Source: Lobosporangium transversale (Eukaryota). From it: DNA of 64,000 nucleotides. Numbering within the stretch: position 1 is the stretch's first letter; each line of letters opens with the position of its first letter. The notes below the pieces were generated by a model. It made no database searches and was not told the origin of the DNA. It saw only the letters and a list, made by a program, of their open reading frames with translations. The translations under genes and the position numbers were made by a program. Shown here in pieces: positions 52,725 through 64,000 of the stretch. Location: contig NW_019029015.1 in assembly GCF_002105155.1 (NCBI RefSeq), forward strand, positions 186,001-250,000, given 5' to 3'.

Positions 52725-55700
52725 AGCGCTCATTTTTGTGGCTCCACCTAATATGTATAGACTTTGCGCCGAAGCATCCGTTTCTTTTCAAAATTCAACC
52801 TGGTCCAACCATAGCTTTTCGCATTCTCACTTTGTGCTCATTCGGAGCTATTTACTGGCAATTAGATTTGATTTGGGGCAATACAATCTCAGGAAAGCTT
52901 CATAGACATTAAGCAGTGCATACCTGCATACTCCTGATCAAGCCTTGAAACTGGGCTTGAAGATCGACTACCTCTGTCGGCAGGTGACACAAAGACAATT
53001 CCTGCATAAGGAACACATATGATATGCTATTGACTGGCCGAGCCTGGATGGTTGTGTAGTCGCAGCCTGTTTTGTAGGAGATGTGGCTGGTCGTCACACT
53101 TCTCACGCATAGTGTACATGTACAAGTTCCCCACTTACTACCGGTATAGCCGCTGAGTAAGTCAAACTATGCTAGCCATGATTCCCTTACCCACTGCGGC
53201 TCTGAAAGGTTGCTGGCGACAAATGGATGAGGACGTTTTGGTGTAGAGGAAGTGCATGTTGTGGTTAGCGGCCGTTTATTTAAGTTTTTACTACAGTTAG
53301 CCTTTTTTTTATTAAATGAAGATCTCTGGATTATAATAAAGATCATCCGTTCTCGTTACCTATTGTAATCCTGGCATATTTCAGTGCATTAAGAGAATTT
53401 GATTGATATGATCAATCAATATAGCCTCGAGAATGCCACTGAAAGGACTATGCTATTGAACATTACCATACAATGGCTGTCTTTGTGGCAATCGTACCGG
53501 TCCGCATCACTCATCGACTCGTCATCAGGAGGAGAGACACTGTGAGGGTGGCGACCTTGCAACGTGCAAAGTCGCAATCCATTCACATACTGCAGAATTG
53601 TAATAGGTAGTTCAGGCATATCAAACAATGGCCTCTCCTTGATCCCACTCTACTCAGCGTGGTCTGGCAAGGAAAGTCATAGTGTAGGGCCTATCGTTAA
53701 TGTGGAAGATTAGGCATCAGCTACGGAACCTTTAAATAAATAATGACATCAGCAAGTTGGATTTTTACCTGACGGCAGCGCTATCCCTGATACTCGCCTC
53801 AAATAGCACACACTCAACTGCTCTACTCGATGACTACAGCACCCAGAAACGACTTTTGTAAAGACAGTTGAAGCGCTCTGTACGTCTCTGCTGTATAGTC
53901 TTTTTTCTGAGTTTCTCTTTTCTCCCTTGGTTACTAGTCTTCGCCCTTTCTCACCTTTCCTCCTCGGCCTTTATTTGCATGCTCCTTAGCATGATGCTTA
54001 CTTGTATAAAACGCTAGTAGAGACAAAAGCCTAAAGCGGTGAAATTAGTAGGGTTTGAAACCAGGATCTGTAGTAGAAATGGAGTAACGATACTTTAAAT
54101 ATACTATCTATTCCCGAGTCTTGCAGAGTATCATCTACAGGTTTCTGAAAAAAGTACCATATGATTGTTCGGTACCAGTGGGGGATCGGCTTTTCTTTGG
54201 AGGAGGAGGAGGAGGAGGAGGAGGAAAAGCAAACAATGCTGGAATCAGAAATTCTCGGAATATATTTAAATGATATTAGACTCAATTATGGTGAGAATCA
54301 ATTGCTAGATGCAACCATGGAGATCAAGGAACAGACAGAGTGCTTTTTTGACTTGGTGTATCAAGAAAGTTTTTTTATTTTTTTATTTTTTTATTTTTTC
54401 TATATTTTCATTGTTCGCTTCCTTTTAGTTCCTCAAGCAACTGGTCGACAGAATGCAAGGCACGCTGATATGCTTGGTAAAACATATACCAGAAAGCACA
54501 TGTACTGATAAAAATCAGCAACTGATAATCCGTCGCAAGTAGCGGAGTACTGTTGCGTTTGATCAATGATCCACAAAAGCTTGATTGATTGGATATGCTT
54601 GTAACAAAAGTATTTGAATTATTGACAACACGACACGATACAGCACACGAAAAAAAAAGGGTATAAATAAAAGCCGTTCTTCTATCTCCACTCATCTTAC
54701 GCTCTCATTAAAACTATGATCCTCCCATTATATATGCAATACTACTAGCAACATCCCTGCATATCATCGACGTCTCATTATCAACACGCGGATCGATGGC
54801 CCCTGGCCTTTCCTGCCTGAAAAAAGGATATGACTCCGTTGTCAGATATGGATCTACTAGGCCTCTCGGCTCGAATGTATATCTTGTTGATGTGCTTGGC
54901 ATCTTCTTTACTCTTATTCATAATACGTAATACGTATTCACCTCATACCTTGGATACCACACATCTTATTCTCGAAAAATAAAAAATAAAAAAAGCTTGA
55001 ATGCCCTCAAGATCTGGTTCTCTATTGGACGGCCCATTCGCCATTCCATGGCTCTATTAGGATCTCTTTGTTGTCACAGGTAATGAATCTGTCTCCCAGC
55101 GTGGTCATCGGAAGAATAGGCTATGTATACATTATGCGCTGGTTCCTTCTTAGTGGACCCTGTTTAGTTCGAGCGGAAAGGCGAGAATTTGAGTTAGAGG
55201 GATCATATGTTATGGATAAGTGGTTGGTTGGGCGCTTAAATCCTTGAAACAACTGTTAGCTGTTTATAGTCTCTTAACTTACTTCATTCTCTCTTACGGA
55301 CATTATTTGTCAGAATCAACTATTGCTGTTCAAGTTTAATTAGCTCAGTAATGGGACCAAGCTACGAGCATGTACACGATGCCAAGAATCGCCAAGAGCA
55401 CCTGGCAACGCAACCAGGGTGATGCTTACTAGGAGCATCAATCGGGAGTTCCGCAGATTGGCAGTCCAACAAGCAACCAGTGAAGGAAATAATTAGAGGG
55501 GCATCAGCGAGCGACTTATAAACCGCCATGTCCAGGATAAAATGAGATATCCGCTTGTTAGCCATTCTCAAGGTTTAACTGGGGAGCTGAGGAGTGGTAA
55601 GTCATTTACGGCATGTTCACATACTCTCAGATATTCATAAAATTATGTGCATTCATGTGGGGGGCAAATCATTCGAATAGAAATTACCGTAGAGTGGTGG

Positions 55701-56975
55701 CAATTTTATTACCAATGCATCACTTATCATGTCACTTTTGGTGTAAATGGATAGTGTATGTTCGTGTTTAATGGAAGCAAGGGAGAGTATGAGTACATTA
55801 CCAACGGCAGTGTATGCCTCCACCACGTCCCTCATGGTGTAAGGAAGAGAACAAGAATTGCTTTACGAAACGGAAGAACCCTTGCCATCGCTAATTTCGC
55901 CATCGACTAAGTTTGGAAGTCAATAGATTGTATTGTGATAGAGGCGTACTCATCTACCAACTGCGTTAATAGAGCGAAAGTGATGCCCCCACCCCTGCCG
56001 CTCTCTATCCAAAAATGAGCACTGCATATACTCATCTTTTCGAGCATGTCTCAAGAATTATCGGCCACTTAATAAAGATAGTCCTGCTACTTGAAGATGT
56101 ACAGTATGTGTTTGTATATGTCTATATGTTTATGTGCCATGTATTGGTGCTCTAGATGGCTTGATCTCACCAATAATACTTTTTTTTGCTTAGAGTGGTC
56201 GTGGGCTGCATTCTAGATACAGTGTCTCCAAATGCGCAGGAGTACTTCGAACATGCGCATCAAGGTCTGTTTGTTCACCCAGTATCATTGAAGGGTTTGA
56301 CGGGCGCCCATCCGCTTCGATCATCCGGGAGTATAAAGGCTGCCTGGTTAAGCATGGAAAGGCTCTTTTTTTTCTGCCATTCTCGCCGTAGAAAATGGCT
56401 TTTTTTCTAAGTCCAGACTAGGATATTGATTTGATTGAGAACGAACGAGGAATGAGAAAAAAGAATGGTATATTTCGCGTAAAAAGAGTCATCATGCTCT
56501 AATTAATCAATTAATTACCTTTAATTAAGATAGTGTGCTTAGAGATGGAAACGAGAATTGTGGAGTAGATTCAAATGTTAGAATAATAAAATGTTAGAAT
56601 AATAGATGGCAATGCAGATGATGGAAACAAGAGATGATTGGTAAAAATGAGGCTAGTGATTTGGGTGTGTGTGTAGGACCGATTAAAAAGCGCCATCCCG
56701 TTTGTCTAAAGGGTAAGTGGATAGTGATGGCTTCGTTCATAAAGGATGAACGATTGTAAAGAATACTCAATAGATATGGTATTTTCATTACAAGACAAAA
56801 TTCCTTTCACTTGATTGACATTCGACTCTTTTCTTCATGCTTGAACCTCGGCGGTCCTCCTGCATATGCGGTATTGATGTGAGTTTTTATGACACACTGT
56901 CCCGCATGTTTTAAATATTTAGGTGTTGCTTTAACATTCTGACCATTGTTGATAACGAGCTTCTGAATCTTAAGC

Positions 56976-57806
56976 TTGACGTGTATGTCGCCTGGGACCA
57001 TGAAACAGAGGAATGTGATATTGTCACTTTTCTCCGAAGTTTGGTCGGTTTCTCTTCAAGCAGGTTCCAGTAATATTATCGGCCATCCAATTATCAAGTC
57101 CCAGAAAATAATACTGGCCAGGATCAAAGATGAGCGCCATCAGCAGATAGCTAATGCAAGAAGCCTGTCCTATGAGGATTTCATGGAGTTGTGCGAGTTG
57201 CCTGAGCTCACACATGCAGATAAGTATGCAGTGTCTAAATATCGCTTGATGAAAGCCTACAATATAGCCACACCTGACATTATGACGCCTGAGTGGGTCA
57301 AGGATTATGATAATGAGAAAGAGAAAAGCGTTTACAAGAACCTGTGCTCTCTATACACCACTAATAGCACCACTTTGGAAGATAGACTAGAGGCTGTCCG
57401 ACAAAGGGAGGAGGCTAGACTAGGATTATGCCCAAAAACCAAAGTGCATCACAATCTTGAAGGCTCGCGATATGTCAAATTGCGATATGCAGCGGATATC
57501 ATGACATCATGTGGATTCACAGATGTATTCGCCAGTAATACTGTGCAAGCACAGACTCTCAAAGAAGGAATCAGAAGGATATGGGAAGGCGTTTTGAAGG
57601 AAATGGATAACACTTGCATAGCACTGGATAGAAAGAAACCAACGCACAATAATTGGATATTCAAACACCAACTAGGGTATCTAAACAATATTTTACATGA
57701 TGTGCTTGGTGTTAAGATTGTGGGAGTCAACAAACGCTGTGCGAAATATCATCTGGTGCACTACTCAAAGGTTGCTTCACTACGGCAGATGTCCTTTGAT
57801 ATTTAA
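56976..57806 (+). pseudogene. Intronless ORF resembling the C-terminal part of giant-virus-like (UL9-type) replication origin-binding helicases; N-terminus missing
   Basis: Pattern IANARSLSYEDF..L..ELTHADKYAVSKYRL..Y...PEWVKDY...VYKNL recalled from that family. No helicase motifs are in the fragment, so this is recognition by eye only. Confidence 0.45.
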
Positions 57807-58484
57807 AAAAATTGTGTTTAAATCACGGCAAAATGTCTATCCGGTGGGTAGACTTGCAAATGCATTCTATAAAAGAAAAAAAAATATTGGTCTCCTAACT
57901 AGTTTTTGAGTAAAACCTCTTTATTTGCAAATTGAGGAAAATCTGTAACAAATTTGTTCTGGAAACAGACGAAGGGATACAGCCCACATAAATAGGATAT
58001 CAATTTTATATAGAGAAAATGAATGAATAAATACTCGGAAATGTGCTGCGATCCACATTCAATTCTCACTGATCTAACAATTTCCGGTTATTATTTTCCA
58101 ATAATAATAATAATTGGTTTTGTACGTTACTACAGCCTTTAGATGACGATGACGATGACGATGGTGGTATGCTGGATGATGATATTGCTGTCGTTGCATT
58201 ATATACCGTTGCATTGTTTCGTTGCATTGCTTGCTGGCTGTTGATGATTGATGGAGCTTGATGGATTTGTTTCTGATATCCCTTCCTCTTCTTCTTCCGT
58301 CTATTATATATAGTCCGTCCCATTAAAAAACGAGACATTCCATCTATTGTAAAAAGAAGAAATGTATTAGAACACAGAAATAAATAAATTAACCAAGAAA
58401 AAAAAGTACTATCAAGCCAATACTTACAATTTTTTTAAGACGAAGGCCTTTCTGGACCTAGTCATGTTTGTAGTAGATTGTGTC

Positions 58485-61400
58485 CTACTGTTGTTGCCGG
58501 CTTGTCTCTCCCCCTCCTCCTGGACCCAGCAAAGGTCCTTTCGGTGGTCTTGATCCCTCTACTCCTCCTCCTCCTTCATCTGAAAATTTCCTTTTTCTGA
58601 TTCCTCCACTGCCACTTCCACCACTACCTCCCTCTCCTCCTCCTCCTTCCCCCGGGCTTAACAAAGGTTCCTTCGATGGTCTCGAACCCTCAACTTCCCC
58701 TCCTCCATCATCCGAGAATTTTCTTTTTGTGGTTCTGCCACTACCACTACCACTACCACTACCTCCTACCCCTGGACTCAACAAAAGCCCTTTCGGTGGT
58801 CTTGATCCCTCTACTCCTCCTCCTCCTCCTTCATCTGAAAATTTCCTTTTTGTGGTTCTGCTGCTACCACCACCACTGCCACCACTGCCACCACTACCTC
58901 CACCGCCGCCACTACCGCTAGAAGCTTGGCCTTGAGTTCCTCCGTCCGGCGGCATATATTTTGCAGGTCGTTTTTGCTCTCTTATCTGCGACTCACAGAC
59001 CCTTGCGATGTTCTCAGCACCAACAGCATCTCGATCAAAGTATGCTTTACAATTTCGACAGTACTTGGATCGAAAAGGAACATTCTCCAATATACTGTCA
59101 CAGTGAGGCCGTGGACACTTGGCAGATGTGTAGTATTCATGACAACCTGCAATGGGGTAGTCTAGAGATTTTGCCTGTTCGAGCCAGATTTAATACTCGT
59201 TAAAAAAGAGACTCAAAAATTGAATGTCATTGATCAAGGGATTTTTTTTTTACCTTTTCAACAAGCTTCTTCATCAATATCCCATGCTTCGATACTTGTC
59301 CTCGGTTTGTCTTGAATGATCCTAGTCCAATACAGATCACCACATTCGTATTGGCATCTCTTCTTCTTCCATTGCTTCCGCCCGCAAGCTTCAGAATTGC
59401 CTTGATCACATAATCAACGCATCCGTTCTGTGCTTTTCTATTATCCCAGCTATTCCGAACAAACCACCCGTCATTATAGAAATCGACAAGCGCCCTATAT
59501 ATAGTCTCCCTATTGTCGTCACTGGTCCCAGATCCACTGCTACTACTGGCCTCAACTCCACTGCTACTACCGGTCCCTGCTCCACTGCTACTACTGGCCC
59601 CAACCCCACTACCAGAGAAACTACCTCCAGTACTTGATGGAGCTTGATTTAGCGGCAAGCTCATATAAGCGAAATACTGTGTTAAAGTAGGCCTTGAGAA
59701 TGACGGAATATTGCTTTCAATCTCTGTAATTCCTCTTCTAAGCTTTCGCCTCTCTAGCTCGCCCTGAAACTTCTTGGATGGTTTGTAAAGGTACGCTCTA
59801 GAAATCCGGAGGATCTCACGTTCGTTAGGTTTCCTTGGATCCAACTTTGCAATTGTCATCGAGTACCTCTCGCCTGGATCGATCCCAATGATAATGGTAC
59901 TTTCGGGGGGAGGGCATGCTGCCTGGGTGTCATATTTAACTTCTACATTCTCGAGGAGACGGGATCTCTGCTTCCAGTTGATCTCACGCCGGGGACTGGG
60001 ACTCACCGGGGACAGTGGATTTGTGCTCGATGTACCTTTGTTGCGATTAGCAGTCATTTACATGGGTTTTTACTATAGCTAAGATTTTTACCCTTTTTAT
60101 TTAACGAAGATCCCCGGATCATAATAAACACATCTTTCTTTCGTTCTCGTTACTTATTATGATCCTGGCATATTTCAACCTTCTTCAGCTGCTTCTTCTC
60201 CCTCTTCGCCATCTAAGAATGGTTCATCAACTTCCAGCAAGTCAATATCGCTGATACCCAGCAAGATATCGTCATCTTCATTTCCGTCGTCGTCTCCATC
60301 ATCACCACCATCACCTGCACCATGGCCTGAAGACGAGGATCCCTGCTGAGCACTTGAAGAAGCCTGGACTGCTTGAGATCTTTGAGTATCCGAAGGTTGG
60401 GCAGCTTGCGAACCTCTACCTCTTTTTTGCTTCGATGTGTCAAAGGCAAGAAGTGTTAGGGCAAGGCCGTTTGTAAAGAACGATGTCCGTAGTTTCCTTC
60501 TAGGGCCATCATCAGATTGCAGTCCAACGTCCTTGTATCCTTTCAAGGAAAACAGCTCCTGCAACAATATCCCCTTGTAGTTAAGGATCTTGTCCTCTGC
60601 AGCCCCCTTGGTACTCATGTTTAGTTCCAACAATTGGACTATTTCCTCTCGAACTGTTGGATTAGACCATAATATATCCAGGAGACAGACTTCCGTTAAG
60701 CAGAGAGACCGAGGCAAGAAAGCAGACGTAGGGAAATCCAGATATTTTTTGGCAGTTGCATTTTGCTCAAAAAAGAATTGGATGGAACTTCTTCCATCGC
60801 CTGGAATATCTATGTCAAACTAGACATTATATTGAAGAAATGATTAGGAACATTTCTATAAACATATTATAAGATAACCTCAAAATATTATAATATTATA
60901 TTTACCTGCGCATTCCGATAGTGAGACCTTAGCGCTGCTTGAACAGGGACCATGACCATCCGAGACGACCTGCTGATCACCAAATCGGGATAGATCTGGT
61001 TTAAAGGACCAAGCCCTGTGTTTGCATAGAAGTTTTCGTATGCTTTGAGCTGGGACGGCTTGGCTACGTTCCCTTCGCCTTTTTTCTTCACTTCCCTGCT
61101 ATACCTAGATAATGGACTCATCACTCCGTGATACAACAACGCAGCAAGGCCGTAAATAAAGTCCCTGCTATCAAGAACTTCATCTAGGAGTTGTGGGAGA
61201 TCAGCTGGATTGGATGGCCCAGTGGTAAGCAGGTTATCGATCCACAAGGCGCAGGCCCAGAAAGCTCGAATCCGTGCCTCATTCAACATTTTAATAAATG
61301 ATTGAATGAGCCCTTGAATTGTTGCAGCAAGTTGCTCGGGATTGAGATTGGGATCGGAAGTAGAGTCCAGCTTGGCAACTACACATGTCTTCAACGTGCC

Positions 61401-62855
61401 CAGAGTTAATGCAACAGTGGGGTGGGCCCTCTTCAACCGTCGGTCCTCGGCAGTAGCCTCCTTCACTTTCCTGGTCTTATCAGTCTTTCTGATATACTTG
61501 GCCTTCCCTTTGTTCTTCTTTTTTTTCTTCTTTTCCTCCTTAACCTCCTCTTTGTCATCCTCTTTTTTTTCCTTTTCCTTTTTTTGGGGGACTTTCTTTG
61601 ACGGCTGGAGCTGACGGGACGGTCGTGTTGTTTGCAGTTGGTCAGGTCATATTTCTTAGGGGAAAGTTCCTTTTTCTGGGTAGGGAAAACAGGCCGATAG
61701 CGATTCGGCTTTGCGCGTTTAGGGATATAGAATCTAATTAGGAACAACAATGTCAAGGGTTAGATGACTTTTTTTTTTTTTTTTTTTTTTTTTTTGTATA
61801 TGCTTTGGAAAATGTTCATTTGAAGGAGCTTACCTGGGTTGAGGTTGATTATTTTTATTCTGGTACCTAGCAGATATCGCAGTCCTCATTCTATCATGGT
61901 AATGAAGGAATCTTTCAGCGGTTGGTTGCTGTGAAGCCTGGGTTTGGATCCTACCAAAGAAAACATTAATTGAATGGTCAAACTGGCCTTCTGCAGGAGT
62001 TCGACGGCTACGGGCATGGACCTCACGAACATATGATACCGTCAACTTTTCGGCATCAGTGTCAGTGAGCGCAGAGATAATCTCAGCATTTGTAGCAAGA
62101 CCAAAGGTTGGGATATTTGGGGTGTAATCGTTATCGGATATAACGCCATAGACCAGGAGTTGACTGTCCCTTGAAAACCCAAGGGCTTGCAGGACCTCTT
62201 GTTTCTCATAGAGTGCAAACATGTGATGGCGACGAGGGATTGGACGAAGAACTCTTTTTATAGAAGGATAGATGAGAAGGTCAGAGTCCCCAGACACAGC
62301 GATACTGGTTGGTGTACATTTGGCGGCAATACACACATCAGCCTCATTTCTACAATGGCAAATCACAAAGTTATTGTATCGACCGAATGGCGCCGCGAGC
62401 TCCCTCTTCTCGTTATGACTGAATGTGAAGAGCTGTCGAAGATTCTTTTTAATGGCAATCATATGGCTTCGAGATTCCCATTTGCCTTCATTGGACTTGG
62501 TTTCCATGTTGGCTATGAGCGTATCGAGTTTTGCATCCGCTGCTGTACGCTTAGCATCTCGGTCCCTATAGGCGCGCGTTTTTTCTTCGCAGCGAGGCCC
62601 ATCAATGTGTATCGTCACTGTGGCAAGAGGACCAAAGATTTTTCGAATGATACTAGCCATAGCATGGCCGCAGGCAGTGAAAGAACTCTGCCGGCTGAAT
62701 CTCCTTAGGATGATATTATGTATATCGCTGTGGAAAGTGCCAAGCAGATCCAGCTCAAAAGATGAATGGGGTTCAGCAGCAAGCTCATGTACATCAATCT
62801 CCTTTGGTGGCAGGTCTCTCCTTGAAAGGTATGAATAGAGTCCTTTAATACCCAT
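58485..62855 (-). CDS. Copy B: XPG/FEN1-like PIN nuclease fused to a Fanzor/TnpB-like RuvC nuclease, ~1320 aa, 5 exons (62855-61834, 61733-60906, 60819-60180, 60035-59254, 59174-58485); one apparent 1-nt frameshift in exon 2
   Basis: PIN part: MGIKGLYSYL, ELDLLG, HIDG..EEK, NEADV, SGDSD, GVISDNDY..G. Fanzor part: SFFTNG, RuvC-I IIGIDPG, VVICIGLG, RuvC-II CHEYYTSAKC, zinc finger CPRPHC..CRNC, RuvC-III FDRDAVGAENI. Exons sum to 3962 nt, one base short of an open frame. Confidence 0.85.
58500..58920 (-). repeat. Three ~40-aa coding repeats (KRKFSD-GGG-VEGSRP-K--LL-PG with Gly/Ser spacers) forming the C-terminal tail of copy B
   Basis: Visible in ORF 58485-59090 and in the DNA (CTTTCGGTGGTCTTGATCCCTCTACTCCTCC recurs). 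Confidence 0.9.
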
Positions 62856-63275
62856 CTAGAGAAAGTATAGTGTAAAACAGTGCAAGCAATGTTGGTTTAA
62901 GCGGCTAAAGATTGAAGCTGAAGTTGTTAGAGTAGAGATAGTTTACCTTTAAGAAAGCAAAAAGTTATGATCTGTGAGGGGATGAGGGTGTAAGAGTACG
63001 GGTGAGAGTGCGAAAGCAATGTCGTTGTAAAATGAGAGAGAGAGAGGGAAAAAGAGAAGGAGGCAGGACGTGTTTATAGGTGTATGAAAGAGAACGAAAC
63101 AAAAGGCTGATGAATTTGGAACAACTCGAAACAATAAGATTCTCAGCGACAAGTTTTAACTTTTTGGATTTCGAGTATTGTTTACAGCTCTTCTCCAATC
63201 ATCTACATTTACCAAATCAAGCCTTCGCCATGACAATCAACAAGAAATAAAAAAAACAGACTTCCTTACGTTCCC

Positions 63276-64000
63276 CCTCGGTATGTGTATCTGTCTGAAC
63301 ACGTCCTAACTGACATCCTCTCGACAATCCTTCCAAGGCTGCAGTGTTTGAATGTGTACAGGGAACAAAAGAGGTCTAGATACAGGCTCTCTTTGTGACA
63401 TTGAAGGAGATCGCATGTTTCATGGCTATCGAGACAAGGTACCCCTACAGGCACAAGACAAAGGTATAACTCGGTTCAAACTCAAAGGAACGGTTTTGCC
63501 AATGGCCTTGTTCTGAATCCACTTGCCTATGACACAGTCCAGACGAAGAGACAGCAGCAGTCTGACGTAGATGAAGAAGATCTCAGCCAGGAATTGAAAC
63601 TTTCTCAAGGATTCCTTAACACGGCGTGTTTTAAAGGCAGCCGGTGAAGACCTGACAGATAAAGACTACGCAAACATAAACTGGAAGAGGAGCCCCAAAC
63701 TTCTTGAAAACGTTGGACTCATATTCCATGAGCTAGGGCGATGCTCATCTGCAAATACCACAACTACCGTCTAATGCGATCCTGGTATTGTTAATGCCCT
63801 TACGTTTTCTTCGCTAGACCGTCACAACCCTGACCTGCGTCAAACGGTGAAGGTGAGAAGTAGGCTCGTCAACAGCCTGTGTGCCTTATATGCGTTGCAC
63901 CAATGCTCACTGACAGGTTGAGTCCAAATTCGAGATACCAAAATAGCCTTCTTTGAATCCATGGGGAGGAAAGACACCAAGCCGGCAACAACAATAGGAT
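63276..64000 (+). pseudogene. Copy C: decayed internal fragment of the same Fanzor-like family, running to the window end
   Basis: Manual translation: PRYVYLSEHVLTDIL (copy B PRSLCLTEVCLLDIL); RFKLKGT/ANGLVLNPLAYDT (RRKLRTSFFTNGLALTLLAFDT); NINWKRSPKLLENV...V*CDPG...LDRHNPD (EINWKQRSRLLENV...IGIDPG...LDPRKPN). Stop at 63772 and frameshifts. Confidence 0.8.

Noticed and set aside
54050..54360. SST..KYHMIV segment reminiscent of an AEP primase motif
   Set aside because: Too short, interrupted by a stop, and no other motifs found.
61830..62855. Calling the PIN ORF a stand-alone host FEN1/EXO1/XPG repair gene
   Set aside because: It is too divergent from the conserved host enzymes, ends at a splice donor in frame with the next exon, and recurs upstream of a Fanzor in copy A.

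Overview
Intron-rich eukaryotic DNA with long poly-A/T tracts. Gene content and style suggest an early-diverging fungus, probably Mortierellaceae (inference). The housekeeping backbone comprises KGD2 (5' end outside the window), RPT3 and eIF3d (divergent), a LUD-domain gene, beta-carbonic anhydrase, SGT1, a 7TM protein, a mucin-like single-pass protein, an SDR-like protein, a CaMK1-type kinase, an arrestin-domain protein, a CYTH/TTM enzyme, a membrane protein and an SGNH-type protein. The main result is a family of large spliced genes that fuse an N-terminal XPG/FEN1-like PIN 5'-nuclease to a C-terminal Fanzor/TnpB-like RuvC + zinc-finger nuclease. Three diverged copies are present. Copy A (18441-22374, minus) is a pseudogene lying head-to-head with a decayed Mutator/MULE transposase. 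Copy B (58485-62855, minus) is about 1320 aa, retains the predicted catalytic motifs and has one apparent 1-nt frameshift. Copy C (about 63276 to the window end, plus) is a relic invisible to the ORF track. Also present: an hAT-type MITE with an 8-bp TSD inside a nested inverted duplication, a TrpRS gene fragment, a second MITE-like foldback, a possible giant-virus-like origin-binding-protein fragment and a small secreted Cys-rich peptide. All homology calls come from motif recognition by eye; no database searches were run.
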